Assembly (NCBI RefSeq): GCF_000497125.1
Contig: NC_090601.1
Span: forward strand, 1,364,001-1,428,000
Source: Spironucleus salmonicida
Lineage: Eukaryota
Direction of reading: 5' to 3'
Length of the DNA: 64,000 nucleotides
Each line of letters begins with the position of its first letter. Position 1 is the stretch's first letter. Under the pieces are notes generated by a model. That model was not told the DNA's origin. It saw only the letters and a program-made list of their open reading frames with translations, and made no database searches. Positions 61,483 through 64,000 of the stretch are shown here, in pieces. The translations under genes and the position numbers were made by a program.

Positions 61483-62643
61483 ATGACATCCTGGAATGAA
61501 GTTAAGAGTGACGGGCCAGGCCCAGGCGCATATTCGATTGGCTCTACATTATTTAAATCCCCCGCATATTCATTAAAAGGAAGGTATAATAACGATCTTA
61601 AGAATAATAATCCTGGTCCTGGAAATTACAATACTACCAAAAGGTCAGTATCCCCATCATTTTCCCTTTCTGGTAAACATTACAATAATAGTATCAATCA
61701 AAATCCTGGCCCGAATTAATACTTTCCAAAACGTGTTTTTTCTAATATTGCATCAAGTTTAGCAGGACGACCATCCATGAATAATATAAACACAAACCCG
61801 GCTCCGAATGCATATAACACGCAAACCGCTAATAATGGAAAGGGTGCAACTCTAAGCGGAAGATATGATATAAACTCTAGATCAAGATCACCAGGACCGC
61901 AATAGTACTCTCCATAAAGAGTTGGATCTTCACCGTAGTATACAATGAAAGGGAGGCGGGTCGATGATTTAAAGAATACAAATCCTGGGCCTGGGGCATA
62001 TGATGTTGCTCGTAAAATTCCGTTAAACTAAGGAATTTCCTTATCAGGGAGGCCAAAAAGTGATTAATCTGTTGGAGGGCCAGCACCTAATTCATATAAT
62101 GTACAAAATATGAATAAATCTCCATCTTTTACATTAAGTTCTAGATTTGATGTAGCATAAAGATAGAATTCGCCTGGTCCTTCATCTTATTCACCTTAAA
62201 GAGTTGGGTCATCGCCGCAGTATTCATTATCTGGAAGATTTGATGTTAATATGAGAAGTAGGTCACCAGGCCCATAATAATATTCTCCGTAAAGAGTAGG
62301 ATCATCTCCTCAGTATTCAATATCAGGTCGAACTGGTGTAAATAATTTTAATGGCAATCCTGGACCTGGTGCTTATGATGTTTCCAGAAAGGCTTAACAT
62401 GGGCAAACACTATCTAGTAGGCATGATTTATCATAAAAAAATTTAAATCCAGGTCCTGGTGAATATAATATTGATAATATGAGAAGGTCTCCTAGCTTTA
62501 CGTTTAAAGGAAGACACAATATGGATCATTTGAATTAAAATCCTGGTCCAGGGGCTTATAATCCTCATAATCCCTAGGAAAATACATAAGGTTTAAGTCT
62601 AAGCAGTCGTACTAAAATATGTAAATTTACAACTGATAAGTGA
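61483..62643 (+). CDS. SHIPPO/STPG repeat protein (386 aa)
   Basis: PGPGAY/SPxYSLxGR repeats; N-terminus homologous to 55901..58351. Confidence 0.9.
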
Positions 62644-62661
62644 ATTAATAAATACTCACAT

Positions 62662-62934
62662 TCAGTAGCTCAACTCGCAAGTTAAATCTTCAATTTCAAT
62701 ATAAAAATCCACAATTTAATTAAAATAAGTAACACATGATACCTCTGCATCATCAAATAATTATTAACATTATGAATTACAACTTTAGATTTTCTCTAAA
62801 TCTATAAACAATGCATTCGTTTGAACTAATGAAGAAGACATACTTTACAAGGTGATAGCTGACTAATTATGCTCATCTGACCTATTTAGAGAAGATTTAT
62901 ATCTTTGCTAGTATTAGGATAGAGTGTTACCCAT
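62662..62934 (-). CDS. Small MGxxxS protein (90 aa)
   Basis: MGNTLS...LFDDAE... to TGA. Confidence 0.55.
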
Positions 62935-63253
62935 TTTTTAATATAAAATTAACTTAGTTTAATGAAATAAGTATTAATTTTATTTTTAAAATATGTAAAA
63001 AATTATTGAGTCGCTATATATTGCGATATGCATACGATGATACTTTACAAATTACTCATAACATATATTAAAAATGAAAGATAAATCTGTTTTATCATTG
63101 ATTATAACCATTTGTATAAAATTAACAGTTATCACCAAATTTTAAATTCATACTAATTGAGTTTATTTATATTTTTAAGGTATAATAGATTTAGTGATTT
63201 ACTATCAGCACATACTATTATTATTTAAGTAATAATATTATTATTCCGCAAAA

Positions 63254-63736
63254 ATGTCATCCTAAATAACACTGCGAGATAAGTATTTTTCGCCTCTAAG
63301 AAAAAGACTAGAGAAGAGCAGACCATCTCCAGGACCAGCAGCATATGATATTTCTTCAAAATCAGATATACGATAGGTCCAAAGATCTGATAGAAATATA
63401 TAAATACACTTAAAAACAACAGAAACTCCAGCTCCGTTTATATCTCACTCTCCACCATCTTCCAGGCCAGCAAATATCACAAAAACAGAGCGATGGTCTC
63501 CAACAAAGTACGATAATGGACCTGGTCCAAATTAATATAAAATATAAACTTAGTTTCTCTCTACAGAAAAGCGTGCAAGAAGTCCAGAGTTCAATGGGTC
63601 GGAGAGATTCTAAAATATGAGACGGGAAAAACGACCTGAGTACTATAATAAAAACTACTCATAGGTACTTCCAAGTATCAGGGGTGTTAAACTTACAAAC
63701 GCAAACAGGGCTACTGACTCGTGGATCGGATGGTGA
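63254..63736 (+). CDS. Short degenerate STPG-repeat protein (160 aa)
   Basis: SPGPAAY and GPGPNQY motifs. Confidence 0.7.
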
Positions 63737-63739
63737 TTT

Positions 63740-64000
63740 TCAATATATTTTCCCATTTATTTTAAATTCTAATTTTGGCGACAACCTAACTTTTTTTTCT
63801 TTAGACTCAACTTCTTTTGCTCCTTAATATTTCGTTAAGCGTTACATCGAGCGGCTTACAATTTCCACCTCTTGTGATGAAAGTGGAGGAAGTCTTTCCA
63901 TACCCACTAGTGTTTTGCTATCAATTTTTCCAAAGGCAGCAGAGCGGTGCATTTTTTAACTAAATTCTTACTTTTATGTGAAAATGCTTTCTAAACCTGG
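63740..64000 (-). CDS. 3' end of a hypothetical protein, partial
   Basis: Open frame from the window edge to a TGA 3 bp from the convergent stop. Confidence 0.5.

Overview
Gene-dense eukaryotic DNA with few or no introns, read with the alternative nuclear code (TAA/TAG = Gln, TGA the only stop). The supplied standard-code ORF track therefore breaks most genes into pieces. The code, the very short intergenic gaps, the AGTGA motif overlapping stop codons and the gene content point to a hexamitid diplomonad (Spironucleus-like; inference). Re-reading under code 6 gives about 50 CDSs. Recognisable ones: NSF, Spt16, AsnRS, PF20/SPAG16, alanine aminotransferase, an ABCC transporter, NEK1-like and AGC kinases, an NfnA-NfnB (SudB-SudA) fusion, RPB5, Pcc1-like, GLTP, PQ-loop, SNF2-type, HAD and three SHIPPO-repeat proteins. 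There is also one tRNA-Leu(CAA). Most interesting: (1) recurring GC islands with a strand-independent C-to-G skew switch and phased A/T tracts; (2) an unknown 'WNFYW' coiled-coil family in a tail-to-tail pair plus a gene-sized inverted copy; (3) an ORF with a single in-frame TGA; (4) a surface-protein gene whose membrane anchor is frameshifted off at a (TA)n tract; (5) a stand-alone La-type xRRM; (6) a 1.48 kb direct duplication. All calls come from manual translation and motif recognition; no database searches were run. Long CDSs were frame-checked at several points, not at every codon.
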